The notes beneath the pieces are model-generated. The model was not told the origin of the DNA. It ran no database searches and saw nothing but the letters and a program-made list of their open reading frames with translations. From Amylibacter sp. (GTDB lineage Bacteria; Pseudomonadota; Alphaproteobacteria; Rhodobacterales; Rhodobacteraceae): a DNA stretch of 64,000 nt. Within the stretch, counting starts at the first letter, position 1. Each line of letters opens with the position of its first letter. Positions 27,626-38,155 of the stretch are shown in pieces. The stretch lies in assembly GCA_029252725.1 (NCBI GenBank), contig JAQXAV010000052.1, forward strand, positions 23,081 to 87,080. Direction: 5' to 3'. The position numbers and the translations under genes are program-made.

Positions 27626-28193
27626 AGCAGTTCTCCATAACGCGTTTCGAATCTCAGGCCCAATGCCTAACGCCCTGTTGCAAACGCTACAAGTCTCTCC
27701 TGCGCGGTTATGCGACAAAGTGGTTTGAGACTGCACAGCGCTTTTCTAGGTAAACCCAGCTTTAAACATTGCCTCAAAATGTAGCTCATCTCAAAGTCCA
27801 TCATAAAGTTGTGGTGTATGCAAAACATCAAGATCACAATCAAAAATAACGGAGCATCCTCAGGCTAAACTTCGATGAGACTGCGGCACAAAGCCGCCTG
27901 GCGTCAGTTCCTCTCGCGAACCGCATCACCAATCCTTTTTAACCAATAATTGGCAGCTCCAGCTATTTCAAATTTCAAACAACAGATTGGCAGAACATCG
28001 TGTCGAACGCCATTACGGCAATGAACGCCAATACAGGGACCAGATCCCTTAAAACAGCTTATTCCGAACGACTAACTTCCTTACTTTTTTCAGAGCAGTC
28101 AAACAGCACATAAATTAATCAAATGGCGACAACTTAATGCTTGGTCGGCGTACAACATCATGCTACCGCCAGAAAAACAAACAAGAGGCTTCC

Positions 28194-28406
28194 ATGAATT
28201 GGCTCATCATCATTGGTACGATTATAACTACCGTCGGCATCGCAGGCCTTGGCTATTGTATAAAAACCGCCATGGTCCTTCGCTCAAAGGACATGGAGAA
28301 CGGTGAGGTCACAGTACAGCTCCAACGCCTTGTACCTATCAATCTTGCCTCTGTTTGCATCTCAACGATCGGTCTTATGGTGATAATCACCAGCATTCTA
28401 ATTTAA
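28194..28406 (+). CDS. Small membrane protein, two TM helices
   Basis: MNWLIIIGTIITTVGIAGLGYCI...LVPINLASVCISTIGLMVIITSILI, preceded by GAGG. Confidence 0.6.
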   Translation: MNWLIIIGTIITTVGIAGLGYCIKTAMVLRSKDMENGEVTVQLQRLVPINLASVCISTIGLMVIITSILI

Positions 28407-28433
28407 CGAAGCACCTTTGAGAGATCAAAAAGA

Positions 28434-29804
28434 TCAATACGAATACTCCTCGTAAATCTTTGAAAGGTCACCACCCCATTCATTGCGGTATTTTCGAACC
28501 ATCTCACACGCAGGCGAAGAACCTGTTTCCACCACTTCTTCCAACGCGTTCAAGAAATGCGTTTCATCAGGAACTAACCCACCATTACCTTGTTTACCAC
28601 GTGCCAAAAGACCAGCTTTTGAGATCCCAATGCATTCTCGTGCCAGATCCATCATTCTTTTGCCATCAACCTCCGCAGTCATGCCGTCCGTACTAGCTGA
28701 GACTCTAAACGCTTCGCGTGTTTCTACATTCCAGTCTTTACAAACGTCCCAAGCGGCATCCAGCGACGTTTGATCGTAGAGCAACCCAACCCAAAACGCG
28801 GGCAAAGCGCACAGTCGTCGCCAAGGCCCACCATCTGCGCCACGCATCTCCATAAATTTCTTAATCCGCACCTCAGGGAAGCAGGTGGTCAAATGATCCG
28901 CCCAATCACTTTCTGAAGGTATTTCACCAGGCAGAGCGGGCAACTCACCCTTCATAAAATCTCGAAACGACATACCTAATGCGTCGATATATTTTCCATC
29001 CCGGTAGACAAAATACATTGGTACATCCAGAGCATATTGCGCGTAGCGTTCAAACCCCATGCCATCCTCAAACACAAACGGTAGCATCCCAGTACGTGCG
29101 TCATCCAGATTTCGCCAAATACGGCTTCGCCAGCTTTTGTGGTTATTTTCTCTGCCATCAAAAAAAGGTGAATTAGCAAACAGGGCCGTAGCAACGGGCT
29201 GTAACGCCAACGCCACTCGGAACTTTTGCACCATATCTGCCTCAGACCCAAAATCTAGGTTTACTTGAACCGTACACGTGCGCCGCATCATCTGCGTCCC
29301 ATGTGTGCCCACATTTCCCATGTAGCGGTCCATCAACTTATAACGCCCCTTAGGCATCAACGGCATCTGCTCGTGCGTCCAAATCGGCGCTGCACCGAGC
29401 CCTATAAACCCTGCACCAATCTTATCGGCGATATGTTTCACCTCTTTCAAATGCGAATTTACTTCATCACATGTTTCATGAATTGTCTCCAGCGGAGCAC
29501 CAGACAGCTCCAACTGCCCACCAGGCTCAAGTGACACATTAGCGCCACCTTTGGTCAGGCCAATGATGTTACCGTCCTCTTCGACAGGCCTCCAACCAAA
29601 TCCTTCTCGCAAACCTTCAAGCATAGCTTTAATCCCACAAAAACCGTTGTAAGGAAGTGGATTAAGGCCCGCCTTGTCGTAACCAAATTTCTCGTGCTCA
29701 GTCCCAATGCGCCAATCGCTCTTTGGTTTGCACCCATCCGCTAGATACTGGGCCAATTGATTGTGGTGTTCGAGGGGAATACCACCCGATTGAGGAATAG
29801 ACAT
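28434..29804 (-). CDS. gshA: Glutamate--cysteine ligase
   Basis: WRIGTEHEKFG, SLEPGGQLELSGAP, MMRRTCTVQVNLD, FANSPF, EMRGADGGPW. Confidence 0.95.
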   Translation of the reverse strand: MSIPQSGGIPLEHHNQLAQYLADGCKPKSDWRIGTEHEKFGYDKAGLNPLPYNGFCGIKAMLEGLREGFGWRPVEEDGNIIGLTKGGANVSLEPGGQLELSGAPLETIHETCDEVNSHLKEVKHIADKIGAGFIGLGAAPIWTHEQMPLMPKGRYKLMDRYMGNVGTHGTQMMRRTCTVQVNLDFGSEADMVQKFRVALALQPVATALFANSPFFDGRENNHKSWRSRIWRNLDDARTGMLPFVFEDGMGFERYAQYALDVPMYFVYRDGKYIDALGMSFRDFMKGELPALPGEIPSESDWADHLTTCFPEVRIKKFMEMRGADGGPWRRLCALPAFWVGLLYDQTSLDAAWDVCKDWNVETREAFRVSASTDGMTAEVDGKRMMDLARECIGISKAGLLARGKQGNGGLVPDETHFLNALEEVVETGSSPACEMVRKYRNEWGGDLSKIYEEYSY

Positions 29805-29891
29805 CACATGTCTCCAAAATTTTTAACTACCGCAGACGTGAAACAGGGGATCCGGAGTGTCAAGAGATGAAGTCATCACAACACGTAATGC

Positions 29892-30449
29892 CTAATGTAA
29901 TCGTTGCTTTTCCCAGATTAAGAATCGCGCGTTTTCCTTACTGGTCATAGCCCTGGCAGCTTCTTCAAAATCTACACCCTTAAGTGCTGCAAACGCATCG
30001 AACAGCAACTCACTACCCTTGGCATCGGCAGGGATCGAAAGCGGAGCGCCAGCATGTGACAGAACCCAAAACGCAACTTCTTCTGCACTGCCCACACTGC
30101 TTGCTATAATCTCTAGCTTTGTTAAATCATCAAGCGATATCAATGCTCCACCGTCAGGAGAAAGATAACCAACCTCACGTTCCTTCACCACAACGACACC
30201 GGATCGCTTTAGTGGTTTGTACATCTTCACCCTTAATATTGCCCAGAATGTCAGCACAGCAAATAAAACGGTAATTGCTGCACCGATAAATGCTTGCAGC
30301 ACACTCCCACGCACCAGCCCAAACCCGATCAGCCACAAACCCCACAAAATCAACATTCCATACGCAATGACTTCACTCCAACGCCAAAGCCCTTCACGTA
30401 CTTCTGGTCTGATGAAACTCACCCCCAGTCCCCCAAAGCATCCTGCCAA
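29892..30449 (-). CDS. Conserved hypothetical membrane-anchored protein
   Basis: Open frame with two N-terminal TM segments and G.V.V.EREVGY..P..G motif, in operon with rsmE and gshA. Confidence 0.6.
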   Translation of the reverse strand: MAGCFGGLGVSFIRPEVREGLWRWSEVIAYGMLILWGLWLIGFGLVRGSVLQAFIGAAITVLFAVLTFWAILRVKMYKPLKRSGVVVVKEREVGYLSPDGGALISLDDLTKLEIIASSVGSAEEVAFWVLSHAGAPLSIPADAKGSELLFDAFAALKGVDFEEAARAMTSKENARFLIWEKQRLH

Positions 30450-31147
30450 AGCGCGAGTGCTGCCACAGCCGCTGTATCTGCGCGCAGTATCCTTGGCCCT
30501 AAACTCACCGAATAGACTCCGTCCATCCCTCGTAACCGCACAACCTCATCAGGTGAAAACCCACCTTCTGGCCCAATCAATATCGCCCAAGGCCCACCGC
30601 ACAGTTCTGCCAAATCTGTTGCAGCCTCGCCAACCCGCGTTTCGTCACAAAACAATAACTTCCGTTCTTTGGGCCATTCAGTCAAAATAAAATCTAACTT
30701 TGCCAATTCTGCCACTTCAGGTACAAACGTTCCACCACATTGCTCAGCCGCTTCAACCGCATGAGCCTGCAACCGATCGCGTTTAACCCGCTCGGCTTGT
30801 GTGAATTTAGTAACAACAGGGCAAATCCGCGCCACACCCATTTCTGTCGCCTTTTCAACAATGAAATCTGTTCGAGCCTTTTTTATTGGCGCAAAAAGCA
30901 ACCACAAGTCAGGCGGATTTTGCAAAATCTTGGATTGCTCCAAACATTTCAGCGTTCCATTCCGCTTGTTTGCACACGTAACCTCAGCCTGAAATTCGCC
31001 GTCATGCCCATTAAACAACGAAATGCGTGCACCAACTTGCAAGCGCATTACCGCAAAAAGGTAATGCGCCTGAGCTCGTGACACTGCTACGGCTTGCCCC
31101 TGAAACAACTCTGCGTTTACATACAACCTTATTTTTGCTTGCTTCAT
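30419..31147 (-). CDS. rsmE: 16S rRNA (uracil1498-N3)-methyltransferase
   Basis: AHYLFAVMRL, FIVEKATEMGV, EAAEQCG, LIGPEGGFS, SLGPRILRADTA. Confidence 0.95.
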   Translation of the reverse strand: MKQAKIRLYVNAELFQGQAVAVSRAQAHYLFAVMRLQVGARISLFNGHDGEFQAEVTCANKRNGTLKCLEQSKILQNPPDLWLLFAPIKKARTDFIVEKATEMGVARICPVVTKFTQAERVKRDRLQAHAVEAAEQCGGTFVPEVAELAKLDFILTEWPKERKLLFCDETRVGEAATDLAELCGGPWAILIGPEGGFSPDEVVRLRGMDGVYSVSLGPRILRADTAAVAALALWQDALGDWG

Positions 31148-31158
31148 AGGCGCACCAT

Positions 31159-32166
31159 ATGACCGATCAAAACCAGACGCCAGACCCTCAATCAACAATC
31201 AAAAATGTAGATGGTGGGCGGGTTGCAGATGCCACAGACTTTAACTGGGTAGACCAGCACTGCCCACTTTGGGCGCGACCGTATCTGCGGCTTTCGCGTG
31301 CGGATCGCCCCGCTGGCACATGGCTTTTACTGATCCCTTGCTGGTGGGGGCTGCAACTCGCCATTTTAATAGATCCCAACGGCCTACAACCAATAGACGG
31401 CTGGATCGCCATAGGTTGTGCCATTGGCGCATTCCTAATGCGTGGCGCAGGCTGCACATGGAACGACATCACTGATCGCCATATCGACGCCCAAGTTGAG
31501 CGCACACGCTCTCGACCCATACCATCTGGCCAAGTCACCACAAAACAGGCTGCCATTTGGATGATTGTCCAACTGCTGCTTGCGGCCTGTATCCTCTTCA
31601 CCTTCAACTGGTTCACAATCATACTCGGAGTGCTGTCTTTGCTACCTGTCGCTATCTACCCCTTCGCCAAACGCTTCACATGGTGGCCACAGGTTTTTCT
31701 CGGAATTGCATTTAACTGGGGCGCATTACTGGCATGGGCCGCGCACACAGGCTCTCTATCCCTCAGCCCCGCGCTCCTGTACTCCGCAGGAATAGCATGG
31801 ACACTATTTTATGACACAATTTACGCTCATCAAGACATAGAAGATGACGCTCTCATTGGTGTAAAATCTACTGCAAGACTTTTTGCAGACAACACACCGC
31901 GCTGGCTATTCATCTTTCAGTTAATCGCCCTGACGCTAATGCTGTTAGCGATCTTTGCTTCAACCGCTGTGACCCAACTAATCTCCAATCCCTTTGCTTT
32001 CCTATTTATTCTAATGGGTATTTTTGGCTTCATTGTTCATTTGTTTCTTCAACTGCGGCGGCTCAATATCTACGATACTCTCAATTGCCTCCATTTGTTT
32101 CGATCTAACCGCGAAGCAGGGCTCATTCCAATCATATTTTGGACACTTGCGATTATTATCGCTTAA
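31159..32166 (+). CDS. ubiA: 4-hydroxybenzoate octaprenyltransferase
   Basis: RLSRADRPAGTWLL, GAGCTWNDITDRHID..V.RTRSRPIPSG, YPFAKR, YDTIYAHQDIEDD. Confidence 0.95.
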   Translation: MTDQNQTPDPQSTIKNVDGGRVADATDFNWVDQHCPLWARPYLRLSRADRPAGTWLLLIPCWWGLQLAILIDPNGLQPIDGWIAIGCAIGAFLMRGAGCTWNDITDRHIDAQVERTRSRPIPSGQVTTKQAAIWMIVQLLLAACILFTFNWFTIILGVLSLLPVAIYPFAKRFTWWPQVFLGIAFNWGALLAWAAHTGSLSLSPALLYSAGIAWTLFYDTIYAHQDIEDDALIGVKSTARLFADNTPRWLFIFQLIALTLMLLAIFASTAVTQLISNPFAFLFILMGIFGFIVHLFLQLRRLNIYDTLNCLHLFRSNREAGLIPIIFWTLAIIIA

Positions 32167-32238
32167 CTTGCTACTAGTCTTTCGATCATCTAAATGAAAA
32201 AATGATATGAAACGCGTTAACCCGTTCCGAGGATTTAA

Positions 32239-34101
32239 ATGCACCGATCGGCTCTTCTGTTTTTGACGTTCAGCTTTTTTCTGGTGGCAACGTTGGTTTT
32301 TCTCTTAGCTGGTCGGGCAGTACAATATTTGGAAAGCACAACGCAAAAATCAGTTGATACGGCGCTCCTTGCCTCTGGTCAAAACTGGGCCACGACGCGT
32401 GCAGACGGCCTCGTCGTGCATCTTACGGGCATTGCACCAAATGAGGCGGCGCGTATGAATGCCTTGGAAATCATCGGCCAAGTAATCGATATAAAACGCA
32501 TTTCAGATAACACCACGGTTTTGCAATCCTCCGACATAACTGAGCCCCGTTTTTCGCTCGAAGTTTTGCGCAATCTGGATCGCATATCGCTTATCGGTCT
32601 GATCCCAGAACGAGTCGGGCGCTCTTTCATCCTTGACCGCGCTACGAAAATAGCAGCCGGCGGCACAGTGACTGACATGTTGGAAAGCAGTGAACACACT
32701 GTGCCCCCAGGCTGGACCACAAATCTCGACTTTGGGCTCGAAAGCCTCGAACGACTTAAACGTTCTAAAATTTCTGTTACCCCAAAACAAGTCCGCGTAA
32801 CTGCAGTAACCGAATCCACCGAAGAACAATCGGCCGTGGAACAGGCACTGCTAAAAGCAAAGCCCAAAGGCGTTATTTTGGTAATGGAAATTTCTGCCCC
32901 TCGGCCAGTTATCGCACCCTTCCGTTTTAGAATGCGCATCGATGGAGATAACATAGCGCTGCAATCCTGCTCTTCTGATACGCGCGCTGCACGTGATCGA
33001 ATTCTGCGCGCCGTTCGAGAGGCGGGTGGAAAACAAAAACTCGCCTGTGACATCGGCCTTGGTGTTCCAACAACCGAGTGGGACGAAGCAATCGTTCAAA
33101 GTGTCCGAACTCTTGCCGCCTTGGGCAGCGGTACACTAGATGTGTCTGACAGCGATATTTCTCTCGTTATCGCAGATCCTCTCAGCCAAAGCCGCTTTAA
33201 CTCACTGGTCGGATCCCTGGAAAGTTCTCTACCTGAACTTTTCTCTTTGCAAGCAGTCCCTCCCCCAAAAATCTCTTTGGATGGCATACAAACGGCGACT
33301 GAGGCTCCTGAATTCGTAGCAACACGAAGCCCAGAAGGGCTGGTTCAATTGCGCGGACGTATTCAAAACCAACAGGCCAAAGAGAGCGTTGGAGCGTTTG
33401 CAGCAGCATTATTTGGCGCAAGCGCAGTGAATAATAGAACTCTTATAGATCCAGATCTGCCTGATGGCTGGCCCACCCGCGTTCTTGCAGGGCTCGAAGG
33501 TCTATCAGAACTAAACCACGGCTCAATTGTCGTGCAACCAAATAATGTGGAGATTCGCGGGGTCAGTGCTCAGCCTGAAATTACTACGAAGATATCAAAA
33601 ATCTTTGCCATGCGTTTCGGTTTTGGTATGCACTATAAAATTGATGTGAAGCATAACCCGAAATTGATTGCTAAGGACAAACCGGTAGATGCGCATCAAT
33701 GCGAAGCTCAGTTGAACACCGTTTTAGCCAAACAACAAATAGCTTTTGCCCCTGGTTCTTCTTCGATTGAGGCCTCCAGCCAAGGCGTCCTCGATGCCAT
33801 TGCCGTTATACTTCGCAAATGCCCGGACATCCGCTTTGTAATTGAGGGCCATACTGATAGCCAAGGCAGAGATGAAATGAACCTCTCGCTCAGTCAGCAA
33901 CGGGCCAATGCTGTGCTTTATGGTCTTCTATCACGACGTATCCTAATCACAGGTCTCACCGCCAAAGGGTTTGGTGAAACACAACCACTTAGAGACAACT
34001 CCACCGAAACAGGCCGCGCCGCTAACCGTCGCATCGCCTTCCGATTGACTATCGATGATGCAACCGCAAAAGTACCGAAGGAAACTCAAGCAGATGAATA
34101 A
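32239..34101 (+). CDS. OmpA-family peptidoglycan-binding protein with BON-like domains
   Basis: N-terminal TM, repeated BON-like segments, C-terminal IAFAPGSS, IEGHTDSQG, LSQQRA, GFGETQP, NRRI. Confidence 0.85.
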   Translation: MHRSALLFLTFSFFLVATLVFLLAGRAVQYLESTTQKSVDTALLASGQNWATTRADGLVVHLTGIAPNEAARMNALEIIGQVIDIKRISDNTTVLQSSDITEPRFSLEVLRNLDRISLIGLIPERVGRSFILDRATKIAAGGTVTDMLESSEHTVPPGWTTNLDFGLESLERLKRSKISVTPKQVRVTAVTESTEEQSAVEQALLKAKPKGVILVMEISAPRPVIAPFRFRMRIDGDNIALQSCSSDTRAARDRILRAVREAGGKQKLACDIGLGVPTTEWDEAIVQSVRTLAALGSGTLDVSDSDISLVIADPLSQSRFNSLVGSLESSLPELFSLQAVPPPKISLDGIQTATEAPEFVATRSPEGLVQLRGRIQNQQAKESVGAFAAALFGASAVNNRTLIDPDLPDGWPTRVLAGLEGLSELNHGSIVVQPNNVEIRGVSAQPEITTKISKIFAMRFGFGMHYKIDVKHNPKLIAKDKPVDAHQCEAQLNTVLAKQQIAFAPGSSSIEASSQGVLDAIAVILRKCPDIRFVIEGHTDSQGRDEMNLSLSQQRANAVLYGLLSRRILITGLTAKGFGETQPLRDNSTETGRAANRRIAFRLTIDDATAKVPKETQADE

Positions 34102-34438
34102 AACTGAGCTGATCGTCATCATCGCAATAACCCTTTTCTTTACTTTCCTCCTAGGATGGCTGCTAAGCTGGGCCTTCGCACGCCTAAATAACAAACACCC
34201 CGTAGAGGTTTCTGAAATCGATAACCTGGCCCAACGGCTACACGAGGCAGAGGAAGCCCGCGACCAGTCAATGACCTACATTCAACAGCGTGAGTATGAA
34301 CTAACTAATCAATTAACCCAAGTTGAAGCAGAGCTTTCCGCCGCTATGGAAGGCCTTGGCGCTGCCCGGCGCGAAGTAGGCGACCTACAGTCTCAACTCG
34401 AAGCCTTTCAATCAAAAGCGTCACAAAGAAAAAGCTAA
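34094..34438 (+). CDS. Hypothetical protein, N-terminal TM plus coiled coil
   Basis: MNKTELIVIIAITLFFTFLLGW followed by a heptad-like acidic helix; overlaps the ompA-family stop. Confidence 0.65.
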   Translation: MNKTELIVIIAITLFFTFLLGWLLSWAFARLNNKHPVEVSEIDNLAQRLHEAEEARDQSMTYIQQREYELTNQLTQVEAELSAAMEGLGAARREVGDLQSQLEAFQSKASQRKS

Positions 34439-34521
34439 ACCAATTTTTTAAAACTAAACTACTCCGACAAAAGCTACGGTGTTTATGGGAATGGTCCAAA
34501 AAAATAATTGAAAGCACAGGC

Positions 34522-34962
34522 TTACCAACGTTTCAAGAAAGCCTCATCGTCTTCTTTTGCGTCCACCCATTCGGCTCCGCCTATTCCCGTTTCTTTTTTC
34601 CAAAACGGAGCGCGAGATTTGAGAAAATCCATCAAAAAATCTGCGGCTTCAAAGGCCACTTTGCGGTGTCGCGACGCCACCGCGACCATCATGATCTGCT
34701 CTCCAGGTTTTAACGACCCATAACGGTGGATAATTAACGTTGCATTCAAATTCCACCTCCTACACGCCTCAGCCTCAATCTCTGCCAGGGCCTTTGTGGT
34801 CATGCTTGGATAATGTTCCAACTCCAGCGTTTGTAAATCACCCATATCATCACGCACCAAGCCAGAGAAACTTACAAGCGCGCCAATGTTCGTGCTCTCT
34901 GCACGCAACACTGCCATTTCAAATCCAAGATCAAAATCCTCACACTGCACTCGAACGGCCAT
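34522..34962 (-). CDS. moaE: Molybdopterin synthase catalytic subunit
   Basis: GALVSFSGLVRD, LEHYPSM, IIHRYG, SRHRKVAFEAADFLMDFLKSRAPFWKKE. Confidence 0.95.
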   Translation of the reverse strand: MAVRVQCEDFDLGFEMAVLRAESTNIGALVSFSGLVRDDMGDLQTLELEHYPSMTTKALAEIEAEACRRWNLNATLIIHRYGSLKPGEQIMMVAVASRHRKVAFEAADFLMDFLKSRAPFWKKETGIGGAEWVDAKEDDEAFLKRW

Positions 34963-34963
34963 G

Positions 34964-35215
34964 CTAACCACCAGTCATTGGCGGAAAAAACGCCACTTCA
35001 CTCACACCATCAAGCGGAGCATCAAAATCACTCAACGTCTGATCAAGTGCGACACGCACCACAGACACGTCACTAAACACCAGGTCATATCGATCTTCAC
35101 GCGCGCGTAATTCCGTTACCAGCGCAGCAACCGTCTCCGCCTCAGTCTGAACAGTTTCACGCGGCACACCAATCCGCTCGCGCACCCATGCAAAGTAGAC
35201 AACCTCTAACTTCAC
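34964..35215 (-). CDS. moaD: Molybdopterin synthase sulfur carrier subunit
   Basis: GTG start overlapping the pgsA stop, VVYFAWVRERIG, C-terminal EVAFFPPMTGG. Confidence 0.95.
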   Translation of the reverse strand: MKLEVVYFAWVRERIGVPRETVQTEAETVAALVTELRAREDRYDLVFSDVSVVRVALDQTLSDFDAPLDGVSEVAFFPPMTGG

Positions 35216-35895
35216 GTTCTTGGCTCCCGCAAGAACGGCAAGGATTTCAAAAAGTAATCCCATCCCGTAATTGCCGTCAGTGCCGCCGCAATCCATAACA
35301 GAACCACACCCACAGTCCATGTACCATCCATCCACATCGCGTACCCGGCAACTCCGTTCACATCCTCAATCGCACCAGACATCACATCACCATAAATCTT
35401 CGCATTCATACCCTGGATTAGGTTCAAGTAGTGATGCTCAAAAACACCCTTTGCAAACAAAACCGCGATAGCGATCATCTGGACAGTAGTCTTGTATTTA
35501 GCTAAATTGGTTACCTTCAATGTCCCTGCTGAAGCCCCTAAAAATTCGCGCAATCCAGACACAAAGACTTCACGAAATAGAATAACAGTCGCGGGCAGCA
35601 AAATCCATGCATCCATGACCAATTTATCCGCAGTGGAAAGTCCTACGATTATCACTAACGCGATAATCACCATCGCTTTGTCAGCAATTGGATCTAACAT
35701 TGCACCAAATTTACTCTCTTGCTTCCACAGACGCGCGAGATAGCCATCCAAAAAATCCGTCAAAGCTGCAGTAACAAACAAAACTAGCGCAAACCAATCT
35801 GCCACAGGCCTCTGAAAATACAAAAATAAGATTGCCACGCCTGGTGCTGCAATCAACCGCAGAACCGTAAGAATATTTGGAATGTTCCACTGCAT
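35212..35895 (-). CDS. pgsA: CDP-diacylglycerol--glycerol-3-phosphate 3-phosphatidyltransferase
   Basis: NIPNILTVLR, TDFLDGYLAR, FGAMLDPIADK, REVFVSGLRE, AKYKTTVQM. Confidence 0.95.
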   Translation of the reverse strand: MQWNIPNILTVLRLIAAPGVAILFLYFQRPVADWFALVLFVTAALTDFLDGYLARLWKQESKFGAMLDPIADKAMVIIALVIIVGLSTADKLVMDAWILLPATVILFREVFVSGLREFLGASAGTLKVTNLAKYKTTVQMIAIAVLFAKGVFEHHYLNLIQGMNAKIYGDVMSGAIEDVNGVAGYAMWMDGTWTVGVVLLWIAAALTAITGWDYFLKSLPFLREPRT

Positions 35896-35944
35896 TAGGG
35901 CACCTATTGAAAAAACTTACTCCTGCAAAGACATAGCCAATGGC

Positions 35945-37843
35945 TTAGCCTTTGTCATGAAAGAAGTCATAAATTGTCTGCGCCAAAGTACCTGAAATCC
36001 CACTTACCGCCTTCAAATCTTCGAGACCTGCGCGAGAAACTGCCTTCGCCGAACCAAAATGCAACAATAACGCCCGTTTGCGTCCGGAACCTACACCCAT
36101 CACTTCATCAAGCGGATTTGCAAACTGCGCCTTCGAACGTTTTGCACGGTGCGTTCCAATCGCGAAGCGGTGAGCCTCGTCACGCAACCGTTGAACGAAA
36201 TACAGTACGGGGTCATTGAAACGCAGCGCAAATTTGCTTCCATTGGCACGATAGAATTCTTCCTTACCCGCATCTCGATCGACCCCTTTGGCAACGCCAA
36301 TGAGCGGTACATCATGCACATTCAATTTTCGGAAAATCTCTTGCACAGCTGACACTTGCCCCCCACCGCCATCGATCAGGATCAGCCCTGGCCAGTTTTC
36401 TGATTTCCGAAACGGATCCTCTTTCAACAACCGCTTAAAACGGCGGTTTAGAACTTCTTTCATCATGCCAAAATCATCACCAGGTGTCAGTTCATCACCC
36501 TTAATGTTAAATTTACGATAGGCAGACTTCATGTATCCTTCTGGTCCCGCAACAATCATCCCACCAACCGCATTGGTGCCTTGAATATGCGAGTTGTCGT
36601 ACACCTCTACACGCTTTGGAACTTCTTTCAGTTCAAACGCCTCTTTGAGCCCCACCAATAAGCTCCTTTGCGTTGAAGTTTCCGCCATCTTACGTGCCAA
36701 ACTCTCACGCGCGTTACGCAACGCCCCCGCTAATAGACCAAGCTTCTCCCCTCGTTGAGGCACCAGGACCTCAACTTTCTTTTCCCGCTTATCCGTGAGC
36801 AGTTGTTCTACTAAATCGTGATTCTCTACCATATCAGACAACAAAACCAGCCTAGGTGGTGTCTTGTTAGAGTAGAATTGCCCTAGAAACCCCTCCAAAA
36901 CCTCTGCAGCTTCGGCTCCAGATCCAGTGCGTGGGAAATAAGCCCGGTTACCCCAATTTTGATTGGCCCTAATAAAAAATACCTGCACGCAAGCCTGCCC
37001 ACCCTCCATATGCAGCGCCACAATGTCCGCCTCGCGCACGCCATCTGGGTTGATGCCCTGCACCTGCTGCACATTGGTCAGGGCCTTGATCCGATCGCGC
37101 AGGGCGGCCGCACGTTCAAACTCCATCTTCTCAGAGGCCTCGCTCATCTGCTCGGCTAAGACCTCCTGCACATTCGTTGAAGAACCACGTAAAAATTGTC
37201 CTGCTTCACGCACAAGTTCTCCATAATCCACCTCACTGATGTGACCTACACAGGGCGCAGAACACCGCGCAATCTGGTACTGCAGACATGGTCTTGTCCG
37301 AGTTGAAAAATCGCTGTCCGTACAATTACGCAGTAAAAACACTCGTTGCAGTTGATGCAGTGTACGGTTCACCGAACCCGCGCTGGCAAACGGGCCATAG
37401 TAATCCGCATTTTGCCTCTTCGCTCCTCGATGTTTGGTGATGCGCGGAAAATTATGATCCTTCGTGACGATGATATTTGGGAAACTTTTGTCATCGCGCA
37501 ACAACACATTGTAACGCGGCTTCAACTGTTTTATTAGGTTTTGCTCTAACAACAGCGCCTCAGTCTCTGTCTTTGTTGTCAAAAACATCATCGTCGCTGT
37601 AGATGCAATCATTCGCCCAATCCGCGCTGAATGCCCATGCGCTTTGCCATAATTAGAGACCCGCTTCTTCAGGTTCCGCGCCTTACCCACATACAGAACC
37701 TCACCCTGCCGATCCAACATACGATAGACCCCAGGGCTACCATCCAAGGTCTTAACGTAAGCTTGAATAACCATGTGGCCTGTCGGCGTATCCGCTCTGG
37801 CTTGACCTTCTTCTACTAAATTTTTGTCACTCGACTCTGGCAT
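35945..37843 (-). CDS. uvrC: Excinuclease ABC subunit C
   Basis: GIY-YIG ([18 protein letters not shown]), [37 protein letters not shown], HhH end. Confidence 0.97.
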   Translation of the reverse strand: MPESSDKNLVEEGQARADTPTGHMVIQAYVKTLDGSPGVYRMLDRQGEVLYVGKARNLKKRVSNYGKAHGHSARIGRMIASTATMMFLTTKTETEALLLEQNLIKQLKPRYNVLLRDDKSFPNIIVTKDHNFPRITKHRGAKRQNADYYGPFASAGSVNRTLHQLQRVFLLRNCTDSDFSTRTRPCLQYQIARCSAPCVGHISEVDYGELVREAGQFLRGSSTNVQEVLAEQMSEASEKMEFERAAALRDRIKALTNVQQVQGINPDGVREADIVALHMEGGQACVQVFFIRANQNWGNRAYFPRTGSGAEAAEVLEGFLGQFYSNKTPPRLVLLSDMVENHDLVEQLLTDKREKKVEVLVPQRGEKLGLLAGALRNARESLARKMAETSTQRSLLVGLKEAFELKEVPKRVEVYDNSHIQGTNAVGGMIVAGPEGYMKSAYRKFNIKGDELTPGDDFGMMKEVLNRRFKRLLKEDPFRKSENWPGLILIDGGGGQVSAVQEIFRKLNVHDVPLIGVAKGVDRDAGKEEFYRANGSKFALRFNDPVLYFVQRLRDEAHRFAIGTHRAKRSKAQFANPLDEVMGVGSGRKRALLLHFGSAKAVSRAGLEDLKAVSGISGTLAQTIYDFFHDKG

Positions 37844-37920
37844 AATCTCTCTTAGCCTGATTCCCTAAGTGGCTGCACCGAAACAATTGAGTAAACAAGT
37901 ATTTTTCTGTCCACTACTCC

Positions 37921-38117
37921 TGTGGATAACTCTGCGGATAACTCCACCATATCCAGAAATTTTCCTTTGTTTTCGTACTCTTCTTTAATTTGCCTACTTT
38001 TTAAGCAGTTTTTTAAGTCTTTGTTTTAAATGAATAAAACTTTATTTACGCTCCAAATTCCTGAAAACATTAATAAAATTATTGTAGCGATCTAAGAAAA
38101 GTTAACTTCGTGGACAA
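37921..38117. promoter_or_regulatory. DnaA-box cluster flanking an AT-rich tract
   Basis: Perfect TGTGGATAA (37921), TGCGGATAA (37933), weaker ATATCCAGA (37949) and CGTGGACAA (38109); 28 G+C in the 120 bases 37981-38100. Confidence 0.6.
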
Positions 38118-38155
38118 ATCTAGTTAGCGCTTTCGAGTTTTGAGACTCAAAGCTC

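Noticed and set aside
37921-38117. A definite oriC call
   Set aside because: Spot checks show no GC-skew or gene-orientation switch across the site, so it is kept only as a candidate.
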